From sequence record MT028491.1: a stretch of 64,000 nt of DNA; one strand, 5' to 3'. Below are positions 1 to 9,686 of this stretch, piece by piece (the first letter of the stretch is position 1; each line of letters starts with the position of its first letter). Below the pieces are notes generated by a model. It worked only from the letters and a program-made list of their open reading frames with translations, had not been told where the DNA came from and ran no database searches. The position numbers were made by a program, and so were the translations under genes.

Positions 1-101
1 ATAATTGACCAGATATTGGAACACACCCCAAAGGCCGCTGATTGCCAGAATAGAAACACCAATCAAGATAAGAATGGTGGAAAGATCAAACTTTTTAAAC
101 A

Positions 102-566
102 TTACTTCCCTTTCATAAAGGACTTGATATCCTCTATACGCATATACATTTCTTCAAAATTATCATCGGTAATTTTGACTTCGTTATTACCAAGGAATTC
201 GATAAAGAAACCAGTTCCCTTGTCACAATAGAATATGACATTGTTTTTATGGCTCAACAAAATCTTACCATAATGTCGATTCAATGCAGTCTTATATGCA
301 TACATTTCGGCATCTTGTAAAGATAATTTATTCGCTTTTTTATGGTTGCCAACATACCAACAAAGGTACATGATCCAGAAACGGAATAGCTGTTCACAAA
401 AGAATAGTGTAGCACCGAATAGGAACACTGCAATAATGATATGAAATATATTGGCAAAATCTAAAGCCGATACCATAGATATAGTAAGTATATGCCAAGA
501 TATAATATCGAATAGCATAAATGACTTTGGAAATTTATTTAGCATCGTCTTTATAATACCCCTCAA
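102..566 (-). CDS. hypothetical protein
   Basis: 154-aa ORF in packed minus-strand gene run. Confidence 0.6.
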   Translation of the reverse strand: MRGIIKTMLNKFPKSFMLFDIISWHILTISMVSALDFANIFHIIIAVFLFGATLFFCEQLFRFWIMYLCWYVGNHKKANKLSLQDAEMYAYKTALNRHYGKILLSHKNNVIFYCDKGTGFFIEFLGNNEVKITDDNFEEMYMRIEDIKSFMKGK

Positions 567-972
567 TGACCTTGTTATAATCTTTTACCAAAGTCATAAT
601 AATTCTTTTAATATCTAGTATGTTTGGTTCTTTTCCAAGAACGTTCTTCTTAATACTATCTAGAGCATGGACGTTTAAATCAGCTAGTTTTTCATCAAAA
701 ACAGCGTCTTCAACTTCATTTTGCAGCTTTGTGATTGTATCTTGAAGTATCTCTATTTCTTCGTTTTTCAAATTCAATTCAGAATTCAGAAATTGAATAT
801 CATTTTGAAGACTGTCGTTTTCTTTTTCAACTTTGCGAAGAATCAACATTTCTTCAAGAGCAATATCCGCAATTTGTTTTTCATTAATCGCCATATCCAG
901 CGATGTTTCTAAATCTTTTATAATGTCTTGAAGTTTTTCAATTTGTTTTTGATAATCTAATTCTGTCGTCAT
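535..972 (-). CDS. coiled-coil hypothetical protein
   Basis: 145 aa, heptad-like E/K/L-rich sequence. Confidence 0.7.
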   Translation of the reverse strand: MTTELDYQKQIEKLQDIIKDLETSLDMAINEKQIADIALEEMLILRKVEKENDSLQNDIQFLNSELNLKNEEIEILQDTITKLQNEVEDAVFDEKLADLNVHALDSIKKNVLGKEPNILDIKRIIMTLVKDYNKVIEGYYKDDAK

Positions 973-1382
973 AATCCTGCATGTTTAAGATGTAGCTTTA
1001 TCTCTAGCAATACATCCTTTACCGAAGTACCTTTTATCTCGCCACTATGAATTTTTGCAATTCTATCCAAACCCCTTGCCATGATTTTGGATTGGGTTTC
1101 GAAATGGCCATCGTTTTCGTTTAGTCTCTGTATCCTATCTTCCAAATCTTTATTCTCTTGCTTTACGCTTGACAATTCGATTCTTAGAGATTGAATACGC
1201 GCAGCATATTGAGAATTTTGATTGTCTGTTGCATTGACCGAGTCAAGTATGTTTTCAATTTCTGAATAGAAAACATATTCTCCATTTGGAGCTTCAACCA
1301 TTTTCATACGACCAGCAAAACCGCGCTCAATTTTGTATCTTTTCATTTCACCTGTCCTACTTTCTTTGTGGCTTTGGTGCAT
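969..1382 (-). CDS. hypothetical protein (start may be the internal MKRYKIE)
   Basis: 137-aa ORF overlapping the next gene by 4 nt. Confidence 0.65.
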   Translation of the reverse strand: MHQSHKESRTGEMKRYKIERGFAGRMKMVEAPNGEYVFYSEIENILDSVNATDNQNSQYAARIQSLRIELSSVKQENKDLEDRIQRLNENDGHFETQSKIMARGLDRIAKIHSGEIKGTSVKDVLLEIKLHLKHAGL

Positions 1383-1385
1383 TTT

Positions 1386-2279
1386 TCATGCGACATTGAC
1401 CTTATCAATTTCTTCACGCTTTGCGTTGATACGTTCAACGAAATCAAAATCAAGTGTGAAAACTTCCGCAAGATTGTCGATCACGAATTGCTGAAACCAG
1501 CCTTTGCATAGTTCTGTAGTGAATTTTGCAATACCAATTTCATAGATTTCTTGCGTGGTTTTGTTTGGCGTATTATAACGCTCATACGCAATCACCATGC
1601 ATTCTTCTTTGGCCATTCGAACCTGATCATCATGAGAAAGCTTTTCAAAAAGATCACGATCAATCTTAGCCAAATTCATATCATGCTTGCATTTCTCAAA
1701 TAGAGGCACGTCATGATATGCCACAATGCGATGAAGGGCATCATGGTCAAACTCACGCAAATTTTGTGCCGGTTTGAAGAAATGTTCATTTGGCTTGTTC
1801 AAATTGATTTTGGCAATGCGCAGCTTATGACGCTCATATGCTTCTTCGCCGCGCAATTTCTCAACTTCAAGAGCTACATCAGAAGGTTCATAATGATCCT
1901 TGAGAATTAGCCAATCCTTGAGGTTTTTGAGCGCATTTACTGGATATTTGATATGAGACTTTTTCATCGCAATCAAAATGTCCAATGGTGGAACGAATAG
2001 CATATATCCATTCACATACATAACCTCATTGGCTTCATTCATAATAATGCGAGAAGATTCACTTTCCGTAACATCGGCTTCCATCGTCAACCCATCAGGG
2101 AGTTTGATAAGATATTTGCCGGGAAACATAGAATGTTCTTTCACTTTTGCATTGCAAGAGTTGAGTAGAAATTCCAAATCGAATTTCGACATAATAACGT
2201 CAATATCTGCCGGTTCACGACCAAGATCAATCTTGTAATGTTTGATAATAGGAGTGGAACCAATAACTACAACTGGCAT
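1386..2279 (-). CDS. putative Pol-beta-superfamily nucleotidyltransferase-like phage protein
   Basis: N-terminal hhhGS...ADIDV (GS / DxD) motif. Confidence 0.55.
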   Translation of the reverse strand: MPVVVIGSTPIIKHYKIDLGREPADIDVIMSKFDLEFLLNSCNAKVKEHSMFPGKYLIKLPDGLTMEADVTESESSRIIMNEANEVMYVNGYMLFVPPLDILIAMKKSHIKYPVNALKNLKDWLILKDHYEPSDVALEVEKLRGEEAYERHKLRIAKINLNKPNEHFFKPAQNLREFDHDALHRIVAYHDVPLFEKCKHDMNLAKIDRDLFEKLSHDDQVRMAKEECMVIAYERYNTPNKTTQEIYEIGIAKFTTELCKGWFQQFVIDNLAEVFTLDFDFVERINAKREEIDKVNVA

Positions 2280-2294
2280 AAATGAACCTTTCTA

Positions 2295-2585
2295 TTAAGC
2301 ATGACCATAATCAAGAGCATAGACGTGCTGTGGCAAAATAGCAACCGCTGCATTATGTTCTGGATTGATACGATAATGAGGCCAAAAACTATTATCGTTC
2401 TTGTCAAATTTGAAATTGGTTTCGGCAAGCTGGAACGATGGACCGAATGTCGTTTCATCAAATACAACCTTATAAAGATTGCCGACGAATTGGGTTTCGG
2501 TTTCACCTGTGAGGAAAACCATATAATCCGGCGCAACTCCATTTGGTGTTGCATTTACAAACCCTACGCCAATCAAACTAGTCAT
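2295..2585 (-). CDS. hypothetical protein
   Basis: 96-aa ORF with RBS-like GGAG upstream. Confidence 0.6.
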   Translation of the reverse strand: MTSLIGVGFVNATPNGVAPDYMVFLTGETETQFVGNLYKVVFDETTFGPSFQLAETNFKFDKNDNSFWPHYRINPEHNAAVAILPQHVYALDYGHA

Positions 2586-2769
2586 TTTTGCTCCCTATGA
2601 TTGCCCACTTGAGAATACGAAAAAATACCTTAAGAATGGTGTAAACCAGCCATAGAGCAAACATAATGATTATGATACCTATGGCCCCATACAGAGCAAT
2701 ATTAAGTACCAGACCAAACATTAGTTCTTCCATAGCCTTAACCTTTCATATTAGGCGTTTTATAATTTG

Positions 2770-2798
2770 TTTATAACTAAACATAACATAGAAGTCAA
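2770..2798 (-). promoter_or_regulatory. sigma70-type early promoter
   Basis: TTGACT-N17-TATAAA on minus strand; representative of roughly 20 similar intergenic sites. Confidence 0.7.
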
Positions 2799-2809
2799 CA
2801 TATAGTCAT

Positions 2810-2840
2810 AAAAAAAGAGGGGTAAAAACCCCTCTTTTCT
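2810..2840. terminator. intrinsic terminator
   Basis: AAAAAAGAGGGG-TAAAA-ACCCCTCTTTTC hairpin with U-tracts. Confidence 0.7.
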
Positions 2841-2855
2841 GTAATTTCTTGTGAA

Positions 2856-3194
2856 TTATTCGCGATGTGCGGCTTGATCCTGTTCACGGTCTTGCTGGTT
2901 CTTTGCATCGGCCTTGGCAATTTCAAGCTGCATTTCCAAGGTTTCCACAACATTTTCCGAATCGGTAATGTTGAACGAAAGTTCTTCATGATAACCGAAA
3001 AAGTGCTTCACACCGGAAACAGCATCTTTGTAACCAAGAATGCCCGTTGAACCATTGGATTTGCGGATGGAAACCAGAATTTCACCAGCATTCGTTTTGA
3101 TCGAAGTGTGGATAAGTTTGCCCTTGTCGATAAACATTTCAAGACGGCCTTCTGCGATCACAGGGGCAAGGGCTTCGCTGATTTCTTTAAGCAT
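2856..3194 (-). CDS. hypothetical protein
   Basis: 112-aa ORF, AAAGGA RBS, promoter upstream near 3275. Confidence 0.7.
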   Translation of the reverse strand: MLKEISEALAPVIAEGRLEMFIDKGKLIHTSIKTNAGEILVSIRKSNGSTGILGYKDAVSGVKHFFGYHEELSFNITDSENVVETLEMQLEIAKADAKNQQDREQDQAAHRE

Positions 3195-3410
3195 TTGAAT
3201 TGTCCTTTCTTTTCGTAAGGCACTATTGCCTTATCTCTTTTGACAATCCAATTTATGCATATCTAGAATAGTATGTCAAACACTAATTTTAAAATAATGC
3301 TACAATGGCTGCAAATGTTCCAAATAACAAACACAATACCGCTTGAGGCCATTGTTTCCGTCTAATCTCAAGGATAGAAATTATGCCAAACCCAATAGCC
3401 ATTGCACTTG

Positions 3411-3821
3411 CTAAGCCCATGTCGAATCTGCCAAATGAATGTCGCCATCAATATCAATTTTGCCATTTCCAATGATTCTTACTCTACTAAGGAAAACAAA
3501 ATCGGCGTTGATATCCACATTCTCAAGATCGGAAAGTGAAATGATACCCTCATTCATGGTAATGTTGCAGTTTTTCATATAGTTGTAAGCTTTGAATGAG
3601 ACATCATTTCCAGTTGATGTAATGGTAGTGTTAATAAGCCTTTGGGCAACACGAATATTGACTTTGCCTTTAATGTGTGAATTGATCAGTTCTGTTTCAC
3701 ATGTTCTTGTCTGGTAGAAATTTTCTGGACATTCTACAGTGGACAAGTCATCAGCAAAATAAAGACAATCTCCATCTTCTGTGAAGAATGGTTCTGAATT
3801 CTTATTTTTTGGCAAAGTCAC
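3411..3821 (-). CDS. hypothetical protein with beta-solenoid-like repeats
   Basis: 136 aa, repeated N/I/xNxxI pattern. Confidence 0.6.
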   Translation of the reverse strand: MTLPKNKNSEPFFTEDGDCLYFADDLSTVECPENFYQTRTCETELINSHIKGKVNIRVAQRLINTTITSTGNDVSFKAYNYMKNCNITMNEGIISLSDLENVDINADFVFLSRVRIIGNGKIDIDGDIHLADSTWA

Positions 3822-3830
3822 ATACTCCTA

Positions 3831-4088
3831 TCAAGCCATTCCAAGGGCATCCATATAAAGATTTAGCATAGCTTCTTCTTCATCGCGCTTTTCTGGATCA
3901 ATAGCACGAAGAGAAATAATCTTTCGGATTGCCTTATTGTCAAATCCACGTGCCTTACTCTCTGCATAGACTTCTTTAATGTCTTCAAGAGTGGCTTTCT
4001 TTTCTTCATTAAGTCGTTCAATTCGTTCAACGAATTGCTTTAGTTCTGCTTGTGCAACGCTTGTTGCATCGTTTGCAATATCCTGCAT
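3831..4088 (-). CDS. gapR: GapR/DUF2312 (UPF0335) nucleoid-associated protein
   Basis: LKQFVERIERLNEEKK...IKEVYAESKARGFDNKAIRKIISLR...LYMDALGM matches the DUF2312 signature. Confidence 0.9.
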   Translation of the reverse strand: MQDIANDATSVAQAELKQFVERIERLNEEKKATLEDIKEVYAESKARGFDNKAIRKIISLRAIDPEKRDEEEAMLNLYMDALGMA

Positions 4089-4095
4089 ATTCTTC

Positions 4096-4179
4096 CTATT
4101 TAATATATTTTGTTAAAATGTATGCGATTAAAAAAATTAAAACTGTACCAAAAACATAGGCTGAAAAACTATAACCCAT
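4096..4179 (-). CDS. 27-aa hydrophobic small protein (not in ORF track)
   Basis: MGYSFSAYVFGTVLIFLIAYILTKYIK with GGGAGGA RBS and upstream promoter. Confidence 0.5.
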   Translation of the reverse strand: MGYSFSAYVFGTVLIFLIAYILTKYIK

Positions 4180-4239
4180 ATATTATTTCCTCCCTAATAT
4201 GAGTGTCAATAATATATTAATTTTCAGCCTATGTCAATA

Positions 4240-5871
4240 TTATTCTGGATATGAAGCCCAACCAGAATCAACCAAATCCTTGTATGCATCAAGCGTGTCA
4301 CTCAACACAACAGGGGTATTGACAAACACCAAATCATGCTTTGCACGTGTGATAGCGACATAACGAAGATTTAGTTCTTGCTCATATTGCCAGCTATTTT
4401 TGTCAACATTTTTTGGTGGACAAAGTTCACTGTTATGAAGGATGAAAACTTTATCGAATTCCAAACCCTTAGCTCTATGAATGGTTGACAAACGAATAGA
4501 CTGGTTAGAAACCTCATCTGCGAACACTGATTCGATCAAAGGCAACATTTCATGTGTGCTGGTAATCCCACGGTTTGCAGCTTCAATATAGAAACAACGC
4601 ACTGTGATAGCATCTTGGATAATCTGAAATAGGCGTTGTGTCGCTTCTGTGGATTTGTCGTTGAAATATTCGACATAAGCCCTTGAACACTTATTGGACA
4701 AATATTTCTTCAATCCAGTTAACGTGTTGCTCTTAGAAGACTTGACAATTCGGATAATTTGTTGAGCCATATCCTTACCTTCAACCTTGGCAATCTTTCC
4801 ATCGCGCAAAAGTTCAAAGGCCAGATTAACCAATGGAGCGGTCAAACGACAAAGGACTACATCACCAACATTGACGCTTTCAACAAAGGGACGATGATTC
4901 GTTGTGGTAATGACTTGACCGGGACCGGCATTATCTCGCCACATAATATCTTTATTGATTGTCTGTGCTTCTTTGATAATGTTCTGGTCACAACGATAAC
5001 AGACTGATAGAGGCAATGCTGTTGCATCAAATTCTTTGATAATATGATCGATAGAATTAGACATTGCACCAGCAAAGCCATAAATGGCCTGATAACGATC
5101 ACCAACGGCAATCAAACGACCAGAAGCCTTAAGAGACTTTTGCGCCATTTCGAGACGAACCGGGCTTGTATCCTGTGCTTCATCGATAAGGAACCAATCA
5201 TACTTTTTGAAGCGACCTTTCTTAAGCAATGCAAGATAGATCATATCATCAAAGTCAATTCGTTCTACCGTCTTGTTTGACCGCATAAGCATTTCAATAC
5301 AGCAATCAAACAAATGCTTGAGATTGATCTTTTTTGTGCCATCTGGATCGGTTTTAAACGTCACATGGGGGTAATCGCTAAAATCAATATCTTCAATATC
5401 CGGCAAGTCAGAATACAAACTATGATGCTTCATTGTTTGTGTCCAACTGCCATACTTGGTTGCATCTGGATAACTTGGACCTAATCCAAATCCATCGATC
5501 TTTGCGAATGAAACCATCTTAACGGCAATACGCGAATATTCGCCCGGAAGATGGTCAACAGCACCAAAAATATCACGAACCTTGTTATTGTCGATCTTCA
5601 TTGAAGTGTCGCGAAATGTAGCCCTAAGAGCCGCAAAACCAAGCGCATGAAAAGTGCTTACCTTGACATTCAAATAATTCTTGGTTCGTTCTTCCAATTC
5701 AGTTGCCATCTTTTTATTGAAAGCACCTAGGAAAACATCACCATCCATATATTTCAGAGATTCAACAATTGTTGTTGTCTTACCAGAACCGGCTACAGCC
5801 TCAACTACAGCATGTCCTTTACCGTCTTTAACAAAATCAAAAACGGTATTTTGTTGTTTAGAAAAAATCAC
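4240..5871 (-). CDS. UvrD/Rep-like SF1 DNA helicase
   Basis: AVAGSGKTT (Walker A), DEAQD, VGDRYQAIYGF, STIHRAKGLEFD, YVAITRAK motifs. Confidence 0.92.
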   Translation of the reverse strand: MIFSKQQNTVFDFVKDGKGHAVVEAVAGSGKTTTIVESLKYMDGDVFLGAFNKKMATELEERTKNYLNVKVSTFHALGFAALRATFRDTSMKIDNNKVRDIFGAVDHLPGEYSRIAVKMVSFAKIDGFGLGPSYPDATKYGSWTQTMKHHSLYSDLPDIEDIDFSDYPHVTFKTDPDGTKKINLKHLFDCCIEMLMRSNKTVERIDFDDMIYLALLKKGRFKKYDWFLIDEAQDTSPVRLEMAQKSLKASGRLIAVGDRYQAIYGFAGAMSNSIDHIIKEFDATALPLSVCYRCDQNIIKEAQTINKDIMWRDNAGPGQVITTTNHRPFVESVNVGDVVLCRLTAPLVNLAFELLRDGKIAKVEGKDMAQQIIRIVKSSKSNTLTGLKKYLSNKCSRAYVEYFNDKSTEATQRLFQIIQDAITVRCFYIEAANRGITSTHEMLPLIESVFADEVSNQSIRLSTIHRAKGLEFDKVFILHNSELCPPKNVDKNSWQYEQELNLRYVAITRAKHDLVFVNTPVVLSDTLDAYKDLVDSGWASYPE

Positions 5872-6050
5872 TTTTCTGTGTCATCCTTTCGGAAGATGGT
5901 TCCCTTTTCAAAGAACCAACAAACCCACGTAATAATCATCAAAATAAAAAAGATGAAACCTAAAAACTCAAACCCATTGGCATATGAAACAATAGCAATA
6001 ATTGCATTTAGAACAATACCAAGGATATACGAAAAATCATTAAAACTCAT
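5868..6050 (-). CDS. small membrane protein
   Basis: two hydrophobic segments; likely start MSFNDFSY after AAGGGA RBS. Confidence 0.6.
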   Translation of the reverse strand: MSFNDFSYILGIVLNAIIAIVSYANGFEFLGFIFFILMIITWVCWFFEKGTIFRKDDTEK

Positions 6051-6385
6051 AGTTCCCTTTCTTGAACAGCAAAAATAGCTGTTTCTTGATCCCAAGAAAG
6101 TCGGATACTTTCAATAGGGGTTACATAGTGAGGATAAGCATTGATAGTGTTTGGCTTATTATCAGACATGACACCAATTGAAATACAAGAAAGTTTAGCT
6201 GAATTGGCTTCTGAAATGTCCTTGTAAACGCCTATCGTTTTTGTGCCGGTTGGATACGTCACAGACAGAATATAGGCAATATCACCACTTTTAAACTCAT
6301 ATGGAGTTTGGTGATAACTTCTGTCTTGAGTGATAGCCGTATGAATAATTTCACCAGCCGAATTGTAATCTACCTTAATGAACAT
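6047..6385 (-). CDS. hypothetical protein
   Basis: 112-aa ORF. Confidence 0.6.
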   Translation of the reverse strand: MFIKVDYNSAGEIIHTAITQDRSYHQTPYEFKSGDIAYILSVTYPTGTKTIGVYKDISEANSAKLSCISIGVMSDNKPNTINAYPHYVTPIESIRLSWDQETAIFAVQEREL

Positions 6386-6396
6386 TTCAGTTACCC

Positions 6397-7542
6397 TTAC
6401 ATATCTCTTTCGTGTTCAAATACCGCAACCAGTACAGGGAAACGCGGTATTCCATATGGTGTATATTTGAAGTGACGAATCGTAGCTACGCCGCCAATAT
6501 ACTTGTTTTTTGTTTCCAATAGCTTTGCGGCATATTCGAATGAGCCTTTAATACCGGCTTTGAATGTTCTGCCGTCTGGCAATTCACAAGTGATAAACCC
6601 GGCAACATTCTTCCGATTACCTTCACCATTGGAAATATCCAATATCTTGAATTCATTTGTATCAAATGTTTTGTGTTTGATAAGGTTATTCGAACGCTTA
6701 CCAGACTCATAACCAACACCATCAATACGAATGATTTGACCTTCATATCCCATTTCGACATATTTTTCAAGCATTATATCGAATTCGTTTAGCCTAACTC
6801 CTACAGTTGGAACTATCTGAATCATATTATAACGCATACCAATATTGGCTGTTAGGAATGAAATACGATCAATATAAGGATCACCAGAAAAGATGTCATA
6901 GACATGATATTCAATAATTGCCGCTGTTCGTGCTAATTGCTCTGGTGTAAGGTCTTTTGTTTCTCGCACAAGAGATACAATTTCATTGAAATCATCGTGA
7001 AGGGAATGGTTATAAAGTTCACCATCCAATACAGCATCAGGAAATTTATCAAAAAATGGCTTGAGATTTTTCAATATATGTGGACATGAAATGAATTCGC
7101 GATTCTCTCTGGAACGCATTCCATTTCTGGTAATAATGCAACGAATACCGTCAAGCTTAGGTTGAGAATAATAAGTTGCATTCGATTTAAGCTTGCCCTT
7201 GCGCTTCTCATATTCTTGAGCAAGCATAGGATCATTGAAGGTGACGTTATCAACTTCGTCAAGATCGTCGGTATAACCAACCTTTAGGCGCTTTTCGTAT
7301 TCAGCTTCTACTTCTAGAATAGCTTGCTGTTCGCCGGTGGTTTCGTTTTTCTTTCCAACATTCTTAGGCTTCGCATCTTTCCATTCCGAAAAGACGGCCT
7401 TACCTTCAATTAGTGTTCCGTCTTCTGTGAAATCAGCATTTCGGGTAACAGTCTGGTGCTTTGATCCATCAATATTTTTAAACCAAATCTGAATCTTGCC
7501 GTTTACATTTCTCTTAAATAGAGGTTTCTTTGAATATATCAT
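6397..7542 (-). CDS. ATP-dependent DNA ligase
   Basis: motif I QPKLDGIRC, DGELY, YHVYD, YEGQIIR, LIKHK; C-terminal OB fold; start taken at MIYSKK (AGGT RBS). Confidence 0.92.
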   Translation of the reverse strand: MIYSKKPLFKRNVNGKIQIWFKNIDGSKHQTVTRNADFTEDGTLIEGKAVFSEWKDAKPKNVGKKNETTGEQQAILEVEAEYEKRLKVGYTDDLDEVDNVTFNDPMLAQEYEKRKGKLKSNATYYSQPKLDGIRCIITRNGMRSRENREFISCPHILKNLKPFFDKFPDAVLDGELYNHSLHDDFNEIVSLVRETKDLTPEQLARTAAIIEYHVYDIFSGDPYIDRISFLTANIGMRYNMIQIVPTVGVRLNEFDIMLEKYVEMGYEGQIIRIDGVGYESGKRSNNLIKHKTFDTNEFKILDISNGEGNRKNVAGFITCELPDGRTFKAGIKGSFEYAAKLLETKNKYIGGVATIRHFKYTPYGIPRFPVLVAVFEHERDM

Positions 7543-8155
7543 TACCTGTTTTCTTCTGCAATCCCGCAAGATTCTTCTGATATTCAATGACGGAATTGAT
7601 AGCAATATAATCTAAATCATGCTCAATTTCCTTGAGCGTGGCAATATGCGAACTATAACGAACCGGAATTTCATAAAGAGCGCAATTGTCATTATGAAGA
7701 ATTTTATAATCTTCGGACTCTACAGCCTCACGATTATCGATTGTAAAGGAAACTTTATTGTTATCATATGTTTGACTGATAACATTGACACCAACAACAC
7801 CAGCATCCTTAGCCCAATGTGCGTGAGCAATATGAGCAATCATGTTATCCTCTTCTTTATTAAGAAGTGGATAAAATTGAAGAATGTCAATGAATTCTGT
7901 CGAGATTAATGAGCATGGGATCGCATAAAGGCGACTGATTCCCTCATGAGTTAAGAGAAGTCCAACAAACACATCTTTCGGATGAAAATCGATAAATTCA
8001 GCATCAAGGTTTGAGAAATCAAACCAAGCTGTATCGGTTGTATAAAATCCAGTGCGTTGGAGAATGTATGAATGATCCTTAAAAATATCATCCTTCAAAA
8101 ACGAAACGAAAGCCCGTAGGCTTTCGAGTCGCACCTTTTCGATTTTAATTGTCAT
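7514..8155 (-). CDS. hypothetical protein
   Basis: 213-aa ORF, TGATG coupling with upstream ORF. Confidence 0.65.
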   Translation of the reverse strand: MTIKIEKVRLESLRAFVSFLKDDIFKDHSYILQRTGFYTTDTAWFDFSNLDAEFIDFHPKDVFVGLLLTHEGISRLYAIPCSLISTEFIDILQFYPLLNKEEDNMIAHIAHAHWAKDAGVVGVNVISQTYDNNKVSFTIDNREAVESEDYKILHNDNCALYEIPVRYSSHIATLKEIEHDLDYIAINSVIEYQKNLAGLQKKTGNDIFKETSI

Positions 8156-8349
8156 CAGTATGCAAAATCCTCAATTTGGGAACCAAAGTCAGAAGTTGTC
8201 ATGCCTTCAAAGAACGCGGTTCGCTTAGCCTTTGCAGCATCGCGGCGCTGGCGATGATCCTTGTCGCGGCGCTTGCTATTGCCACGCTTGTAATCACCTT
8301 CATCATCAAAATCGCGTTCAAAACGGCTGTACTTATACGACTTAGATAT
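8155..8349 (-). CDS. 64-aa highly charged protein with probable AUA start (not in ORF track)
   Basis: GGAG-8nt-ATA TCT AAG; SKSYKYSRFERDFDDEGDYKRG...FAY*; no in-frame ATG/GTG/TTG between the upstream TGA and the ATA; stop overlaps next ATG. Confidence 0.6.
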   Translation of the reverse strand: MSKSYKYSRFERDFDDEGDYKRGNSKRRDKDHRQRRDAAKAKRTAFFEGMTTSDFGSQIEDFAY

Positions 8350-8420
8350 TTCCCTATCTCCATTGGTTAGTTGTCTGTTTCAATCTGATAATTACGTTTT
8401 AGATTATGATAAAACTAATG

Positions 8421-8753
8421 TCAACCGAAAATTTTAGACCAAATGCTTTTTTTCTTACTTTTTTCAAAAGCCGATCTAATGATAGGAATATATTTGTTTT
8501 CTACATCACGCATACCATCAGTGAAATCGTTCCTTGGACCCTCTAATGAGGCTCTTTGCCTAGCTTCAATCACCTTGATAGCATCACCCAAATTATAAAC
8601 GGCTAGGATAGCAATTGTTCCAGTTATACCGACAAGAGAACCCATTTTATAAGATTCTGATCGTTCACTATGAATATCGTTAATGATTTTGGTATGCTCT
8701 TCCAATAGAAGTGCCGTAATACCTTCAATAAAGATATCTTTCGGCTCAATCAT
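8421..8753 (-). CDS. hypothetical protein
   Basis: 110-aa ORF. Confidence 0.65.
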   Translation of the reverse strand: MIEPKDIFIEGITALLLEEHTKIINDIHSERSESYKMGSLVGITGTIAILAVYNLGDAIKVIEARQRASLEGPRNDFTDGMRDVENKYIPIIRSAFEKSKKKSIWSKIFG

Positions 8754-9190
8754 CCATCAATCTCCACGCGCTCAACAATGGTAACAGAACCTAGTTCTGA
8801 TTCAACTTTCTTCAAAGTTTTCAGATTGATTGATTTGATACAACGGGCATCAACGTCATATACCGCTAAAAGATTAGGGTGATTCTTTTTACGAGTTTCA
8901 GCAGCCTTAACATAACGCTCTTCTGTTACTGGTTTATTTTCCAGTTCCGCATTAAGTTCGCTTCTAGAGACATTTAAAGTTCGTTCCGTACCATCAGCCT
9001 TGATAAACGTCACGGCACATTCATCAAAAATGAATAGACCAGTGGTCAAATAATCGTATCGAAGCTTATTGAAATCTTCATTCTCTGGACCTTCCTTGAT
9101 AACGATTGTCACCACTGTTCCATCTTTTTGTCTGGTTTCAATAATTTCATTGTCGCAATTGTCTACTTTAAAAATTCTTGTATTCTGCAT
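8750..9190 (-). CDS. WYL_2/DUF2693-like SH3-fold phage protein
   Basis: VTFIKADGTERTL...NLLAVYDVDARCIKSINL pattern. Confidence 0.6.
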   Translation of the reverse strand: MQNTRIFKVDNCDNEIIETRQKDGTVVTIVIKEGPENEDFNKLRYDYLTTGLFIFDECAVTFIKADGTERTLNVSRSELNAELENKPVTEERYVKAAETRKKNHPNLLAVYDVDARCIKSINLKTLKKVESELGSVTIVERVEIDG

Positions 9191-9425
9191 ATTTAACTTT
9201 CATTAATTTCCACACTTCGGTTTCACTGGCAACGAATGCATCTTCACCAGCAATGCCGTGTTCTTTAAGTAAAGATAGCTTGTAATAAGCTTCATCTTCG
9301 TCATTGAATGTAATAGCTTCGGTCTTTTCTGGACTCCAAACTGTTACTTCTGTAATATCAGTTAAGAAATAAAGTATTTTTATATCATCAACTTCACAAA
9401 TATAATGTTTCATTATCACTCCCAA
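9168..9425 (-). CDS. hypothetical protein
   Basis: 85-aa ORF. Confidence 0.6.
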   Translation of the reverse strand: MGVIMKHYICEVDDIKILYFLTDITEVTVWSPEKTEAITFNDEDEAYYKLSLLKEHGIAGEDAFVASETEVWKLMKVKYAEYKNF

Positions 9426-9449
9426 AATTTAGACGCAAGAAAAGGGAGA

Positions 9450-9686
9450 CTATTCATCCCCCTTGTCCGATTCCTGTTCAAACATCTTTCGCATTTCTTC
9501 TGTTTGCTTTTCCATATATTCATTGACACGTTCTTTGTTGGCCTTATAGATTTTTTCTGCCAGTTCATCTACTGATAGATCGCCTTGGTAATAACCACGT
9601 GCCATCATTTCACGTGCGCGCTCATATGCGTCATCACGTGTAAATTTTGGATATTTAACTGTTTCTTGCTTAATCATGTTCTTCAA
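9450..9686 (-). CDS. hypothetical protein
   Basis: 78-aa ORF. Confidence 0.65.
   Translation of the reverse strand: MKNMIKQETVKYPKFTRDDAYERAREMMARGYYQGDLSVDELAEKIYKANKERVNEYMEKQTEEMRKMFEQESDKGDE

Noticed and set aside
8149-8370. Plus-strand 73-aa hydrophobic ORF in the track
   Set aside because: It is the antisense shadow of the minus-strand charged ORF, which has an RBS, a promoter and translational coupling.
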